From assembly GCA_964396555.1 (NCBI GenBank), contig CAYNFX010000001.1:14685-78684 (forward strand): a stretch of 64,000 bases of DNA, written 5' to 3'. This document shows, one piece after another, positions 39,966-50,540 of the stretch. Numbering within the stretch: position 1 is the stretch's first letter; each line of letters opens with the position of its first letter. Position numbers and translations under genes: made by a program. Source of the DNA: an uncultured Alkaliflexus sp. GTDB taxonomy: Bacteria; Bacteroidota; Bacteroidia; Bacteroidales; Marinilabiliaceae. The notes beneath the pieces are model-generated. The model saw only the letters and a list, made by a program, of their open reading frames with translations, ran no database searches and was not told where the DNA came from.

Positions 39966-39996
39966 CAAAGATATATCAAATTTGTTTTCTTCCAAA
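39966..39996 (-). promoter_or_regulatory. Consensus promoter for tRNA-Glu-rpsT-tRNA-Glu
   Basis: Minus strand TTTG-N19-TATCTTTG. Confidence 0.8.
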
Positions 39997-40173
39997 TTTA
40001 AGAAACAAAAAAGTTGATTTTTACCTATCGGCTAGTCTATGAAACTTTTATGCAGTTGGTCAAAAATTCCGGCAGATTGATTACACCATTACTGTTAGTC
40101 ACATACCTTTGTTATTTTATTTGTCTCATTTTAGCAAACATTAGATCGGACATAACCTAAAACATTGATTGAC

Positions 40174-40971
40174 ATGGAGAATCAAACTATTATCTGGCAG
40201 CAAACAAAGGTTGCTACACAAATTTTCGAAGCACCGGAAGAGGGTGCAAAATATGTAGCTGCCAAAGTTGCTGATTTTATTCGTAAGAGAAACAGTGAAG
40301 GACATTCCACAGTATTGGGACTAGCTACTGGCAACACCCCAATTCCTTTATATAGGGAACTTATAAGGCTTCACCAGGAAGAAGGGTTGAGTTTTAAAAA
40401 TGTAATAAGTTTCAATCTTGATGAGTATTATCCTATATCCCCTGAGGATCCAAACAGCTATCACAGCTTTATGTTCAGGAATCTATTTTCACATATAGAT
40501 ATTGACAAGGCAAATGTTCATATTCCTGTAGGCACTTTAGCTGAACAACTAATTGGTGAATATTGCGATGGGTATGAAAGGATGATAAGAGAAGCAGGAG
40601 GTATTGATATCCAGATACTTGGAATAGGTCGAGCTGGTCATATTGGCTTTAATGAGCCTGGATCTCAGCTTGATGATATTACTCGTCTTGTCACACTAAA
40701 TCCGATGACAATAAAAGATGCAGCAGGTGATTTTGGAGGTGCTGAGTTTGTGCCAAGGCAGGCTTTAACCATGGGCGTAAAGACAATTATGGAAGCCAGG
40801 AAGGTGTTTTTACTTGGATGGGGAGAGAAGAAGGCTGGGATACTTGCCAGGGCTATTGAAGGACCTGTGGGTACAGACGTTCCTGCTTCCTTTTTGAAAA
40901 AGCATAAGGACACTGAGTTTATTCTCGACAGTGGTGCTGCATCAGGGTTAAGCAGTTGTAAAGCTCAATAG
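40174..40971 (+). CDS. nagB: Glucosamine-6-phosphate deaminase
   Basis: LGLATGNTP, FNLDEYY, GGIDIQILGIG..GHIGFNEPGS, ALTMGV.TI; TACCTTTG -7 box at 40104-40111. Confidence 0.93.
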   Translation: MENQTIIWQQTKVATQIFEAPEEGAKYVAAKVADFIRKRNSEGHSTVLGLATGNTPIPLYRELIRLHQEEGLSFKNVISFNLDEYYPISPEDPNSYHSFMFRNLFSHIDIDKANVHIPVGTLAEQLIGEYCDGYERMIREAGGIDIQILGIGRAGHIGFNEPGSQLDDITRLVTLNPMTIKDAAGDFGGAEFVPRQALTMGVKTIMEARKVFLLGWGEKKAGILARAIEGPVGTDVPASFLKKHKDTEFILDSGAASGLSSCKAQ

Positions 40972-41067
40972 TAGAGAAAAACGCGCTGGACATCGACATA
41001 AGCTTAACATATTTATGATTTCAAGCTCTGTTAATTTAATTTTTTTTCGTTCCTTTGTCTGTAACTA

Positions 41068-41116
41068 AAGTGGAGGGATTTGGCCGATTGCAACCACTCA
41101 AAAAAAATGCTAAAAC
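41068..41116 (+). ncRNA. SAM-II (SAM-alpha-like) riboswitch aptamer upstream of metK
   Basis: GTGG-agg-GATTTG-GCCG-a-TTGCA-ACCAC-TC-A8-T-GCTAAAA matches the SAM-II pattern (GUGG/CCAC P1, GAUUU, CCG, UUGCA, A-rich linker, GCUAAA). Lies just after a TTCCTTTG -7-like box (41050-41057) and before metK. Confidence 0.8.
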
Positions 41117-41211
41117 GCATCTTTTTGTTTGTCGACTTATAAATCCCTTGGAAGAATTTGTTTAACCGTGCTTTTGGCCTTCAGGCCAAAAGGCTATAAT
41201 GTATTTTCGTT

Positions 41212-42462
41212 ATGGGATATTTATTTACTTCAGAGTCTGTTTCGGAAGGACATCCGGACAAAGTAGCTGATCAGATTTCAGATGCAATACTTGATGAACT
41301 GCTTCGCCAGGATCCGGATTCACGTGTGGCATGCGAAACGTTTGTTACAACCGGTTTGGTAGTGGTTGGAGGCGAAATAAAAACAAGTGGCTATGTACCG
41401 GTACAAAAGGTTGTAAGGCGCGTAATTGAGCGTATAGGTTACAACAAGTCGGAGTATAAGTTTGATGCCGGCTCATGTGGTGTTATTTCTGTAATTCATG
41501 AACAGTCAGAAGACATCAACAGGGGTGTAGACCGCGACTCGGAAGAGAATCAGGGAGCCGGTGACCAGGGTATGATGTTTGGCTATGCTTGCAAAGACAC
41601 TGAGGACTATATGCCGCTTGCGCTTCATCTGTCACATCTGTTGCTTCTCGAACTGGCAGACATTCGTCGTGAAGGTAAGGATATGACCTATCTGAGACCC
41701 GACTCCAAGTCACAGGTCACATTGGAGTATTCAGATGATAATAAGCCTTTAAGGGTTCATACTATTGTAGTTTCTACTCAGCACGATTCTTTTGATAATG
41801 ATGAGGTGAGGATGCTTGCAAAGATCAAAGAAGATGTGCAGAATATTCTGATCCCAAGGGTAATTAAAAAACTTAACTCATCAATTGCAGGTCTTTTCAG
41901 GGATTTCATTCTTCATGTCAATCCTACAGGCAAGTTTGTAATTGGTGGCCCTCATGGTGATACCGGACTTACGGGTCGCAAGATAATTGTGGATACTTAT
42001 GGCGGTAAAGGTGCTCACGGCGGGGGAGCCTTTTCAGGTAAGGATAGCTCTAAGGTGGATCGTTCAGCTGCATATGCAGCACGTCATATTGCTAAGAATA
42101 TGGTGGCAGCAGGGGTGGCAGACGAAATGCTTGTTCAGATAGCTTATGCGATTGGTGTGGCTCAACCTGTAGGTGTTTATGTAAATACCTATGAAACTTC
42201 AAAAGTTAAGTTGAGTGATGGGGAAATCGCAGCCCGCATTCAAAAAATCTTTGATCTTCGTCCTGGTATGATAATACGTCGCCTGGGATTGAAGAATCCA
42301 ATCTTTGAAGCCACTGCAGCCTATGGTCACATGGGACGCAAACCTTATAAGGAGGTCGTGACCTTCAATGATAAAGGCAAGGAGGCAAAGAAAGAGGTTG
42401 AATTCTTTACCTGGGAGAAACTTGATTATGTTGACTCAATAAAGAAGGAATTTGGATTGTAA
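41212..42462 (+). CDS. metK: S-adenosylmethionine synthetase
   Basis: [54 protein letters not shown]. Confidence 0.98.
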   Translation: MGYLFTSESVSEGHPDKVADQISDAILDELLRQDPDSRVACETFVTTGLVVVGGEIKTSGYVPVQKVVRRVIERIGYNKSEYKFDAGSCGVISVIHEQSEDINRGVDRDSEENQGAGDQGMMFGYACKDTEDYMPLALHLSHLLLLELADIRREGKDMTYLRPDSKSQVTLEYSDDNKPLRVHTIVVSTQHDSFDNDEVRMLAKIKEDVQNILIPRVIKKLNSSIAGLFRDFILHVNPTGKFVIGGPHGDTGLTGRKIIVDTYGGKGAHGGGAFSGKDSSKVDRSAAYAARHIAKNMVAAGVADEMLVQIAYAIGVAQPVGVYVNTYETSKVKLSDGEIAARIQKIFDLRPGMIIRRLGLKNPIFEATAAYGHMGRKPYKEVVTFNDKGKEAKKEVEFFTWEKLDYVDSIKKEFGL

Positions 42463-42520
42463 GAGGCTTTCTTCAAAAATTAGAAGTTTGACGAATTTAA
42501 GCTGACTATTATGACGAAAT

Positions 42521-43582
42521 ATGCATAATTTTATGCTTATGAAGCCTCTATTGCTATCGGTTGACTATGAGTTGTTTTATGGGGATGATGCAGGCACTGT
42601 TGAGAACTGTATGATTCGACCCTTGAACCACTTGATGGAAATATTGGAGCCAAGTGGGTCAAAAATGACGGTCTTTGTCGACGTTTTACATTATTACAGG
42701 TTGAAGGAGCTGGAACGTGAAGTTCCAGATCTTCGTTTTGACCGTGAACTGATTGAGAAGCAGGTTTCTGTTTTACTGAAAAGAGGCCATGATATTCAGA
42801 TGAACATTCATCCGCACTGGTTGGATGCCAGGTGGGAGAACAATAAGTGGCGCTTTTCATACAATCGTTTTACAATACATCGCCTCTGGGATGAGGAAGA
42901 TGAGACTGATATAAATACTATTACCGGTTGTATCACACAGAGCCGCATCCTCCTTGAGGAATTAGTCCGGAAAACTATCCCTGACTACAAAGTCAGGGTG
43001 TTCCGGGCCGGCGGATACAGGATTGAACCCTTTGGTAAAATCGCAGCTGCTCTTAAACAAAATGGAATAAGGGTGGATTCCTCTGCTGCCTATGGTATGG
43101 AGAGCTATAGTCCTGAGTTTTATTTTGACTATAGGAAGATGCCTTCAGGTATTCTTTATCGGTTTGAAAACAGTGTACTTAAGGAATCTAAGGAAGGATA
43201 TTTCTGGGAATTTCCCAAAGGGACCGTAAAGGTTCCCTTTCACAGGAGAGCCCAGTTTTATATTCTGTGGAATTTTGTTCACACCAACAAGGGCACCTAC
43301 GGAGATGGTAAGCGACTAGGTTTCTTAAAGAAAGAGCAGTCAGGTCACCTATGGTCAAAGTTGGGAAGCAGGTATTATATGTTTAGTGCTGAAGGTACGG
43401 ATTCAATAAGGTGGAAGTATCTGTACATAAGTAGCAGGCCATATTCACAGGTTGTGATCAACCTTAAGAACATGAGCCCTTTTGCCATGGAGGTCGTTAA
43501 GGACTCACTGAACAAGGAAGATATCTACTTTGTTTCTTTGCTTGACCGCATCAAAGAGCTTGGTGTATATAACGATTTATGA
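42521..43582 (+). CDS. Polysaccharide deacetylase-like hypothetical protein
   Basis: SVDYELF.G, T.FVD, HPHW, FRAGG, VDSS motifs of NodB-like/WalW-like proteins; exact start (42521-42539) uncertain. Confidence 0.65.
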   Translation: MHNFMLMKPLLLSVDYELFYGDDAGTVENCMIRPLNHLMEILEPSGSKMTVFVDVLHYYRLKELEREVPDLRFDRELIEKQVSVLLKRGHDIQMNIHPHWLDARWENNKWRFSYNRFTIHRLWDEEDETDINTITGCITQSRILLEELVRKTIPDYKVRVFRAGGYRIEPFGKIAAALKQNGIRVDSSAAYGMESYSPEFYFDYRKMPSGILYRFENSVLKESKEGYFWEFPKGTVKVPFHRRAQFYILWNFVHTNKGTYGDGKRLGFLKKEQSGHLWSKLGSRYYMFSAEGTDSIRWKYLYISSRPYSQVVINLKNMSPFAMEVVKDSLNKEDIYFVSLLDRIKELGVYNDL

Positions 43583-43664
43583 CGTTCATCAAAGCATGAT
43601 TCTTATTTTCAATCTTAGTAAAGGCAATTTTGTAACTTGCCCCTCATAAAACAATAAGGAGATT

Positions 43665-44954
43665 ATGTTTCAGCAGTTAATTGATAAAAAGGCAGTATTG
43701 TCCGTAACCGGTCTTGGATATGTAGGACTTCCAATTGCGCTTGAGTTTGCGCGTAAAATGAAGGTAATAGGTTTTGATTTGAACAGCGAAAGGGTCGAGC
43801 TTATGCGTAAGCATTTAGATCCTAGCAACGAGTTGGATGCCTCAGCATTTGAAGGTTGTGATATCGAGTTTACTAGCAATCCTGCAGATTTGGCCAAGGC
43901 AAGTTTCCATATTGTTGCGGTACCTACTCCAATCAATGAACACAAACTGCCAGATCTTAAACCTTTGCTAGGTGCTACCACATCAGTTGGTAAGGCTCTG
44001 AAGAAGGGTGACTACGTTGTGTTTGAATCAACAGTATATCCTGGATGTACCGAGGAAGACTGCGTCCCTATCCTTGAGGGAGAATCCGGGTTGAAGTTCA
44101 ATGCCGATTTCAAGGTTGGTTATTCACCAGAACGGATCAATCCAGGTGATAAAGAGCATACACTTACCAAAATATTGAAGATTGTCTCCGGTTGCGATGA
44201 TGAGTCTCTAAAGGAAATATCAAAGGTCTATGGAGCGATCATAAGGGCAGGTATCTATGAGGCTAGCTCCATAAAGGTTGCTGAGGCTGCCAAGATTATA
44301 GAAAACACTCAGCGTGATGTCAACATCGCGTTAATGAACGAACTATCACTGATATTCAACAAGCTTAATATAAATACTTACGAGGTGCTTGAGGCTGCCG
44401 GTACGAAGTGGAATTTCCTTAAGTTTTCTCCAGGTCTTGTTGGTGGACACTGTATAGGTGTGGATCCTTATTACCTGACTTACAAGGCTAACGAACTAGG
44501 CATTCACTCAAGGATTATTAATGGAGGACGCATGATTAATGACGACATGGCGTCTTATATTGCTAATCAGATAGTAAAGCGCCTGATTTCTGCAGGTCAT
44601 GCTATCAATGGTTCAAGGGTACTTGTGATGGGAGCTACGTTTAAGGAAAATGTAAGTGATATACGCAATTCAAAAGTTGCCGATATGGTATATGAGCTGA
44701 AATCCTTTAGTGTCAATGTTGAAGTGGTGGACCCGCATGCATCTTCTAAGGAACTTTTAAAGGAGTATGGCTTTGGACTCGTTGATGCACCTACAGGTAA
44801 ATATCATGCTGTTGTGGTTGCCGTCAACCACAACGAGTTTATGAAGATAAGCGATGAAGAGCTCAGAAACCTTTGCGTTGAAAACGGACTTTTTGTTGAT
44901 ATAAAAGGAGCCTTCCGCAAAAGGGATATTGGCCTTGAATATCTGAGCCTTTAA
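43665..44954 (+). CDS. Nucleotide-sugar dehydrogenase (UDP-GlcNAc/GalNAc 6-dehydrogenase, TviB/WbpO/WecC type)
   Basis: GLGYVGLP, VAVPTP, ESTVYPG.TE, YSPERINPGD, ENTQRDVNIA, GGHCIGVDP, FKEN..DIRNSK. Confidence 0.92.
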   Translation: MFQQLIDKKAVLSVTGLGYVGLPIALEFARKMKVIGFDLNSERVELMRKHLDPSNELDASAFEGCDIEFTSNPADLAKASFHIVAVPTPINEHKLPDLKPLLGATTSVGKALKKGDYVVFESTVYPGCTEEDCVPILEGESGLKFNADFKVGYSPERINPGDKEHTLTKILKIVSGCDDESLKEISKVYGAIIRAGIYEASSIKVAEAAKIIENTQRDVNIALMNELSLIFNKLNINTYEVLEAAGTKWNFLKFSPGLVGGHCIGVDPYYLTYKANELGIHSRIINGGRMINDDMASYIANQIVKRLISAGHAINGSRVLVMGATFKENVSDIRNSKVADMVYELKSFSVNVEVVDPHASSKELLKEYGFGLVDAPTGKYHAVVVAVNHNEFMKISDEELRNLCVENGLFVDIKGAFRKRDIGLEYLSL

Positions 44955-45007
44955 TATAGGATTACAGTTTGGTTATACCGGACACATTATTTGGTATAAA
45001 GCAGGTT

Positions 45008-45490
45008 ATGAAGATAAATGCCGGGGATCTTAGTGTGCAAGACATTAGCATTGACGATGCCGATGCTTATCTTGAGATATTTGGCAACCCGGAGGTTGCC
45101 AAATATGATGATTTTCAACCAATAACAAGGGATGACCTGGATGCAGATATGTCACGTCTCTTGAGACAGACTGATAAAAGCCGCATACAGGAGTATGGTG
45201 TCAGGTTACACCCCGATGACAAGATGATCGGGGTGATCACCATTGAGAGAAAGCGTCTGTACTACTATCTTGGATATCATTTCAATCCTGCCTTCCAAGG
45301 TAAAGGATATGCTGTTAGTTCAGTGCGAGCCTTTGTTAATGCATTGGATACTGAAAAGCAATCACGTCTCAGACTGGTGTCTGATCCTGAAAACAAAGCT
45401 TCGCTTGCTCTGGCTGGCAAGCTAGGATTTAAGTTTCTGAAGAGACGCAAGAACAAGGGAGCCCCAGAGCTGGTGTTTGTTTACAGATAG
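45008..45490 (+). CDS. RimJ/RimL-like GNAT acetyltransferase
   Basis: LGY.F.P.FQGKGYA and N.AS..L..KLGF motifs; start uncertain (TTG 44969 or ATG 45008). Confidence 0.75.
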   Translation: MKINAGDLSVQDISIDDADAYLEIFGNPEVAKYDDFQPITRDDLDADMSRLLRQTDKSRIQEYGVRLHPDDKMIGVITIERKRLYYYLGYHFNPAFQGKGYAVSSVRAFVNALDTEKQSRLRLVSDPENKASLALAGKLGFKFLKRRKNKGAPELVFVYR

Positions 45491-45496
45491 CTATTC

Positions 45497-46501
45497 CTAC
45501 TGCTGTCTAAACCATCTTGCCGCATTTTCAACGGCTTCAGTTATCGGTAGGAAGTGATAGTCAAACTGCTTGGAAAATTTCTCCGCAGAGTAGTATGATT
45601 CTGAATGTGCAGTGCGGGCAGTGTCCTTTGTAATTGCCGGAGCCTTTCCTGCAATGGAGCATAAAACGAGATTAATTCTCCATCCAAGTTCTGTGATCCA
45701 TCGTGTGGCTTTAATATAAGGAGGTCTTTTGCCCAGTGCTTGCGCTACGATGGTGAAGAATTCCCTGTATGTTAAGTTCTCGCTGTTAAGGATGTAGCGT
45801 TCGTTGACTACGTCACTTTCCATAAGCATTATAGCAGCGTGAACTACATCACGTACATCTACAAATCCTGCTCCCCCGTTTGTGTAGAATGGCATTCCCT
45901 TTTGTACTGAGTAGAATAGACGTCCGCTGCTTCGTTTCCAGTTTACAGGGCCTATTACTACTGCAGGATTAACTATTACGACAGGAAGTCCTTCCTTGGA
46001 TGCGCGCCACACTTCCATTTCAGCTCTGAACTTGCTGTATGAATACGCAGAACGGTAATCATCAGGTTGCCATTCCACGTTCTCGTCAATAATTTTGCTT
46101 TCAAGCTTCTTGCCAAGGGAGGAAACTGAACTCACATAACAAACCTTTTCTATTCCAGCCTGCAGGCATGCATTCATAAGGTTGGCAGTTCCCTCAGTAT
46201 TTACCCGAAGCATTAGCTCAGATTCACCGGGATTGAACGAGACCCTGGCTGCAGCATGATATACGTGTTTGATTCCTTTAAGTGCATCCTCAAGGACGTA
46301 ATAGTCAGTCACATCTGCTTCAACCCATTCTATTAGGTCAAGTTGCTTTTGTACATCTTCCTTATAAAACCTGAAGATTTTTTCTGTTTCAATGATATTC
46401 TTTCTATTTCTGTAAATTGCTCTGACAGGATAGCCCTTTTCAGTAAGAAGATACAACAAATGTGACCCAACCAATCCTGTTCCGCCGCTTACTAATATCA
46501 T
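45497..46501 (-). CDS. NAD-dependent epimerase/dehydratase
   Basis: GGTGLVG, HAAA, N.EGT, VSSV, YSYSK catalytic YxxxK. Confidence 0.88.
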   Translation of the reverse strand: MILVSGGTGLVGSHLLYLLTEKGYPVRAIYRNRKNIIETEKIFRFYKEDVQKQLDLIEWVEADVTDYYVLEDALKGIKHVYHAAARVSFNPGESELMLRVNTEGTANLMNACLQAGIEKVCYVSSVSSLGKKLESKIIDENVEWQPDDYRSAYSYSKFRAEMEVWRASKEGLPVVIVNPAVVIGPVNWKRSSGRLFYSVQKGMPFYTNGGAGFVDVRDVVHAAIMLMESDVVNERYILNSENLTYREFFTIVAQALGKRPPYIKATRWITELGWRINLVLCSIAGKAPAITKDTARTAHSESYYSAEKFSKQFDYHFLPITEAVENAARWFRQQ

Positions 46502-46594
46502 AACCTCAGTTTATCTGTTTCAGAAATTGTTACTAAATTAGCAAATAAAATTATTTGGTAGTTCAAATGCCGAATATGATTAAACAATGAATTT

Positions 46595-47203
46595 ATGTTT
46601 TCTGGAATAGTTGAAGAGGCTGCAACAGTTGTTGCGTTAGAAAAGGAAGAGGGTAATCTCCATATAACCTTGAAGAGTTCGTTTACAAACGAGCTGAAAA
46701 TAGATCAGAGCGTCGCACATAATGGAGTCTGTCTTACGGTTGTGAAGACAGACGGTAATGTTTATACAGTGACTGCAATTTCTGAAACCCTTCAGAAGTC
46801 TAATCTTGGTTTGCTTGCTATAGGAGACAAGGTCAATCTAGAGCGCAGCATGCCTATGAACGGCCGTCTGGATGGGCATATTGTTCAGGGACATGTGGAC
46901 CAAACTGCTGTATGTACCGAAGTAAAGGAAGCAGACGGAAGCTGGTATTTTACGTTTAAGTATGACTTTGATAAAGCTAAGGCAGAACTGGGTTACATGA
47001 CCGTTGAGAAAGGCTCAGCGTGCGTGAACGGTGTAAGTCTGACTGTAGTAAATAGCCGTATTGATAGCTTTTCAGTAGCTATAATTCCTTATACTTATCA
47101 CCATACCAATTTCCATCAAATCCAAGCTGGTACTGTCGTTAACCTTGAATTTGATATTGTCGGTAAATATATTAGCAGGATGATGGCTCTCAGGAATTCC
47201 TGA
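46595..47203 (+). CDS. ribE: Riboflavin synthase (alpha chain)
   Basis: MFSGIVE, SVAHNGVCLTV, VNLER, GHIVQGHVD, VNGVSLTV, VNLEFD. Confidence 0.96.
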   Translation: MFSGIVEEAATVVALEKEEGNLHITLKSSFTNELKIDQSVAHNGVCLTVVKTDGNVYTVTAISETLQKSNLGLLAIGDKVNLERSMPMNGRLDGHIVQGHVDQTAVCTEVKEADGSWYFTFKYDFDKAKAELGYMTVEKGSACVNGVSLTVVNSRIDSFSVAIIPYTYHHTNFHQIQAGTVVNLEFDIVGKYISRMMALRNS

Positions 47204-47207
47204 GAGC

Positions 47208-48641
47208 TTAGTCAAGCCTCCTGTGCTTTACATATTTCACTCTAAAAACTGGGTTGCCAGATGCTACATTATTAAATAGGACTACCCTGTTAAAATTGAA
47301 TTGAGCTGAAGGAAGTTGAAGGTACAGAATAGGAACTTCGACTTTTCCCAATGCTGCATCTTCGAAAAATGCCTGGTTAAGTTTGAATGTATAAGTAAGG
47401 GTACTTACATCAAAGGCTGCGGCAGAGGTTATAAACATTGCAACTTCATCTCCATCACTATCTATATAGGTGGGAGTTTTCATTATTCCCCTGCTGTCCT
47501 TCATTTTTATCTGAAGTACATTGCTGGCTGGGGTAAACAGCCCGTTTACTTTGGTAAGTGTGTCAGCTATGAAAGTTAGATCTACTCCACTGATACCTAT
47601 CTGTAGGTCTCCCGAGTTATTTTCCAATGAATCCTTCCATTCATATACTAAGGAACTAATATCAAATTCAGCATAACTGCCTGCCAGACCCTGTATCATT
47701 AACATCGAAGCATCAGTTGTTCCAGTTACAATAGAGCTTGAGAATGAATGAGAATACATGTTGAAGAATCTTGAGGAATGATCTATAGGGAAATTATATT
47801 CGTACTTTTTTATAGAGTCATTGGTGATTTGCTTGTGGTAATGCAAAACAAGTTTCGCATCCCTGTTGTAAAGGTTAAACAGAAGCAGAGAACCTGCTGA
47901 TGAAGGATTAGAAGGAGTGGTTATATAAAGGCCATTAAAGGCTTCCTTGAAAAGCTCATCACTGCTTAACTGTTCTGATGTCAGATTGAATAGCTTGTCA
48001 GCAACTTCGTCAGCAAGTTTTATCTTCATCGTATATAGACCTTGTAAAGTATTCCATGTCGAGTCTGTCAGGGTATCGCCAACTCCGCCATGTACAGTAT
48101 ATTCCTTCTCCGCAAGCAGGTTGGCATAGTATTTACCCATTATTTCATAGTCGTTATAATATCTGGTATTGGAGGATGCTTTTTCGAGTCTCTCACTCAA
48201 CTCATAAACATGTAGCTTTTGTTTGGCATCTAATTTCCCAAACCAGTCCTGATAGAAGTAAGGAAGGTGGAGAATTACGGAGTCTGGAAACATTTTCTCT
48301 TGCGCGGGTGTTTTTGTATCCGGATCATAAAAGAATGGATCAATACCCGCTTTTGATAATGAAAACTCTGAAACGAAGTCGGCCTTTGCAGGACCGAAGA
48401 TTGGATCGCTGAAATATCCAAGGATTGCAGTAGCTCCATTTGAGTGGCTGTCAGTAATAACCCTATCGGGTATTATATTCTTAGCATAAAAATCTTTGCT
48501 TACACTATTTGCATGAATCATATCTGATTTAGGCATGGTGTCAAGCCCAATGTTTGCAGGATCATTACTGCATGAAGCGAAAACAGCAGGCAACAGGCAT
48601 AAAGCTGTCAGTTTGAAAAGCCCAGATATTTTGTTTGACAT
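47208..48641 (-). CDS. DUF4270-like lipoprotein
   Basis: Lipobox FASC, G...DPIFG...A.F motif, lies beside the glgA-like gene as recalled for DUF4270 in Bacteroidota. Confidence 0.7.
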   Translation of the reverse strand: MSNKISGLFKLTALCLLPAVFASCSNDPANIGLDTMPKSDMIHANSVSKDFYAKNIIPDRVITDSHSNGATAILGYFSDPIFGPAKADFVSEFSLSKAGIDPFFYDPDTKTPAQEKMFPDSVILHLPYFYQDWFGKLDAKQKLHVYELSERLEKASSNTRYYNDYEIMGKYYANLLAEKEYTVHGGVGDTLTDSTWNTLQGLYTMKIKLADEVADKLFNLTSEQLSSDELFKEAFNGLYITTPSNPSSAGSLLLFNLYNRDAKLVLHYHKQITNDSIKKYEYNFPIDHSSRFFNMYSHSFSSSIVTGTTDASMLMIQGLAGSYAEFDISSLVYEWKDSLENNSGDLQIGISGVDLTFIADTLTKVNGLFTPASNVLQIKMKDSRGIMKTPTYIDSDGDEVAMFITSAAAFDVSTLTYTFKLNQAFFEDAALGKVEVPILYLQLPSAQFNFNRVVLFNNVASGNPVFRVKYVKHRRLD

Positions 48642-48691
48642 ATAGTCTTGTTAATATTATTGATTAAGTCTCCTATCTCCACTCTATCTTC

Positions 48692-49492
48692 TTACAACGC
48701 ATCATAAAAGTCATTGTAAGCATCTACATAATCTTCTTCCCCCTGGTAGTCCAAAAAAGGTTTACCGCATTCCTTTGCATATTTCTCAACTTCAGGATCC
48801 ACCACGCTACTTGCCTTTATAACGCCATCCGACATATTTATTGCTAGCTTGCTAAGGCTCGCATAAGATGGATCATCTAGCAGTTTAAGATCCTTCTCCG
48901 AAACTCCCATGGCTTTGATTTTTGCTTTGATCCCTTTGTCCAAAGGCTGTGTAAAAGCATCATTATATAGAGTATATACAACCTTTGCCTTTGCAAAGAA
49001 GGGGTCGTCATGCATGGTCTTCTTGATAAGGACCGGAGCAAGTGCAGTGAACCAGCCGTTACAATGAACCACATCAGGTGCCCATCTAAGCTTCTTAATA
49101 GTTTCCAAAACCCCGCGGGCAAAGAATAGTACACGCTCATCATTGTCTGCAAATTCAGTGCCATCGTCGTCTGCTGTCGTGCATTTCCTTTGAAAATAAT
49201 CGTCGTTGTCAATGAAGTAAACCTGCATTCTTGCAGCTTGTAGTGAAGCAACTTTTATAATGAGTGGGTGGTCTGTATCATTGATGATAAGGTTCATTCC
49301 CGAAAGACGAATGACTTCATGGAGTTGATTTCTTCTTTCATTTATGGAACCAAAGCGCGGCATAAAGGTTCTGATCTCTTTGCCCCTTTCCTGGATCCCC
49401 TGCGGAAGATTGCGTGCCAGTACTGATTGCTCGTTTTCTGGAAGGAAAGGAGAAATTTCCTGGGAGATAAATAGGACTTTGCTTTTTTCCAT
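48692..49492 (-). CDS. Glycogen/starch synthase N-terminal-domain-only protein
   Basis: E..PF, RTFMPRFG.INERRNQLHEVIRLSG, YFIDN..YF, PDVVHC.GW motifs; ends at 266 aa. TACTTTTG -7 box at 49520-49527. Confidence 0.8.
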   Translation of the reverse strand: MEKSKVLFISQEISPFLPENEQSVLARNLPQGIQERGKEIRTFMPRFGSINERRNQLHEVIRLSGMNLIINDTDHPLIIKVASLQAARMQVYFIDNDDYFQRKCTTADDDGTEFADNDERVLFFARGVLETIKKLRWAPDVVHCNGWFTALAPVLIKKTMHDDPFFAKAKVVYTLYNDAFTQPLDKGIKAKIKAMGVSEKDLKLLDDPSYASLSKLAINMSDGVIKASSVVDPEVEKYAKECGKPFLDYQGEEDYVDAYNDFYDAL

Positions 49493-49689
49493 TGCACTTT
49501 AAAAAAATAAGTTGTCTGACAAAAGTACAAAAAATATGCTTCTAAAACAAAGCCTGTTATCCTTGTATCTACTTGCTTATTACCGTATATTTAGGCCCAA
49601 GGGTTTGATTTTTGTTTTTTTTTGTTGTCTAATTTTTATTGTTTGGTATTTATTCCTTTATTTTGCCGCGTTTTTATTTTTGAATGTTA

Positions 49690-50538
49690 ATGGAAATAAT
49701 TACAACTTCATCTTCAATCTCTTCAAGGATTGAAGAGTTAAAAAAGGCAGGGAAAACTATCGGCTTTGTTCCTACTATGGGAGCACTGCATGAAGGTCAT
49801 CTCTCGCTTGTAAGGATAGCATCAAATCATTGCGATGTTGTTGTTGTAAGTATTTTTGTAAACCCTACCCAGTTTAATGATCCAAAGGATCTGGAGCGTT
49901 ATCCTCGTGACATTCAAAAGGATGCGGAGCTGCTTTCAGGTACACCCTGTGAACTTATTTTCGTGCCGACTGTTCATGATATATACCCCGAGCCCGATAC
50001 AAGGGTATTTGACTTCGGGCTAATTGACAGGGTGATGGAAGGAAAGTACAGGCCTGGTCATTTTAACGGGGTTGCGCAGGTTGTGAGCAGGTTGTTTGAT
50101 ATTGTTAAGCCTCACAAAGCATTTTTTGGGGAAAAAGATTTTCAGCAGCTTGCCGTGATTAGGGAGATGGTAAGACAGTTGAAGCTGGCGGTGGAGATCG
50201 TTGCCTGCCCAATAGTTAGGGAAGCTGACGGACTTGCCATGAGTTCAAGGAATCTTCTTTTGAGTGAAAAGCGGAGAAATAGTGCACCTTTAATTGCACG
50301 AACATTGTTTGAATCTTGTAAATTTGCCGCAACTCATAATGTTGGGGATACGGTAAAATATGTTATTGATAGTGTCAATAGTTCACCGGAGATGGAAACT
50401 GAGTATTTCTGTATTGTTGATGGAAACACTCTTCAAGAGGTGAGTTCATGGGATGACAGCGATTATATCGTTGGATGTATCGCCGTTTATACCGGTGAGA
50501 TAAGGCTTATTGATAATGTTGTTTACAAAAAAGCTTAA
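49690..50538 (+). CDS. panC: Pantoate--beta-alanine ligase
   Basis: [52 protein letters not shown]. Confidence 0.97.
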   Translation: MEIITTSSSISSRIEELKKAGKTIGFVPTMGALHEGHLSLVRIASNHCDVVVVSIFVNPTQFNDPKDLERYPRDIQKDAELLSGTPCELIFVPTVHDIYPEPDTRVFDFGLIDRVMEGKYRPGHFNGVAQVVSRLFDIVKPHKAFFGEKDFQQLAVIREMVRQLKLAVEIVACPIVREADGLAMSSRNLLLSEKRRNSAPLIARTLFESCKFAATHNVGDTVKYVIDSVNSSPEMETEYFCIVDGNTLQEVSSWDDSDYIVGCIAVYTGEIRLIDNVVYKKA

Positions 50539-50540
50539 TC

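Noticed and set aside
40174-40971. nagB as a truncated version of the long Bacteroidota NagB fusion
   Set aside because: The catalytic domain is complete and no continuation exists downstream; a stand-alone enzyme is the simpler reading.
46502-46594. FMN riboswitch upstream of ribE
   Set aside because: The 93-nt AT-rich divergent gap is too short and lacks RFN motifs.
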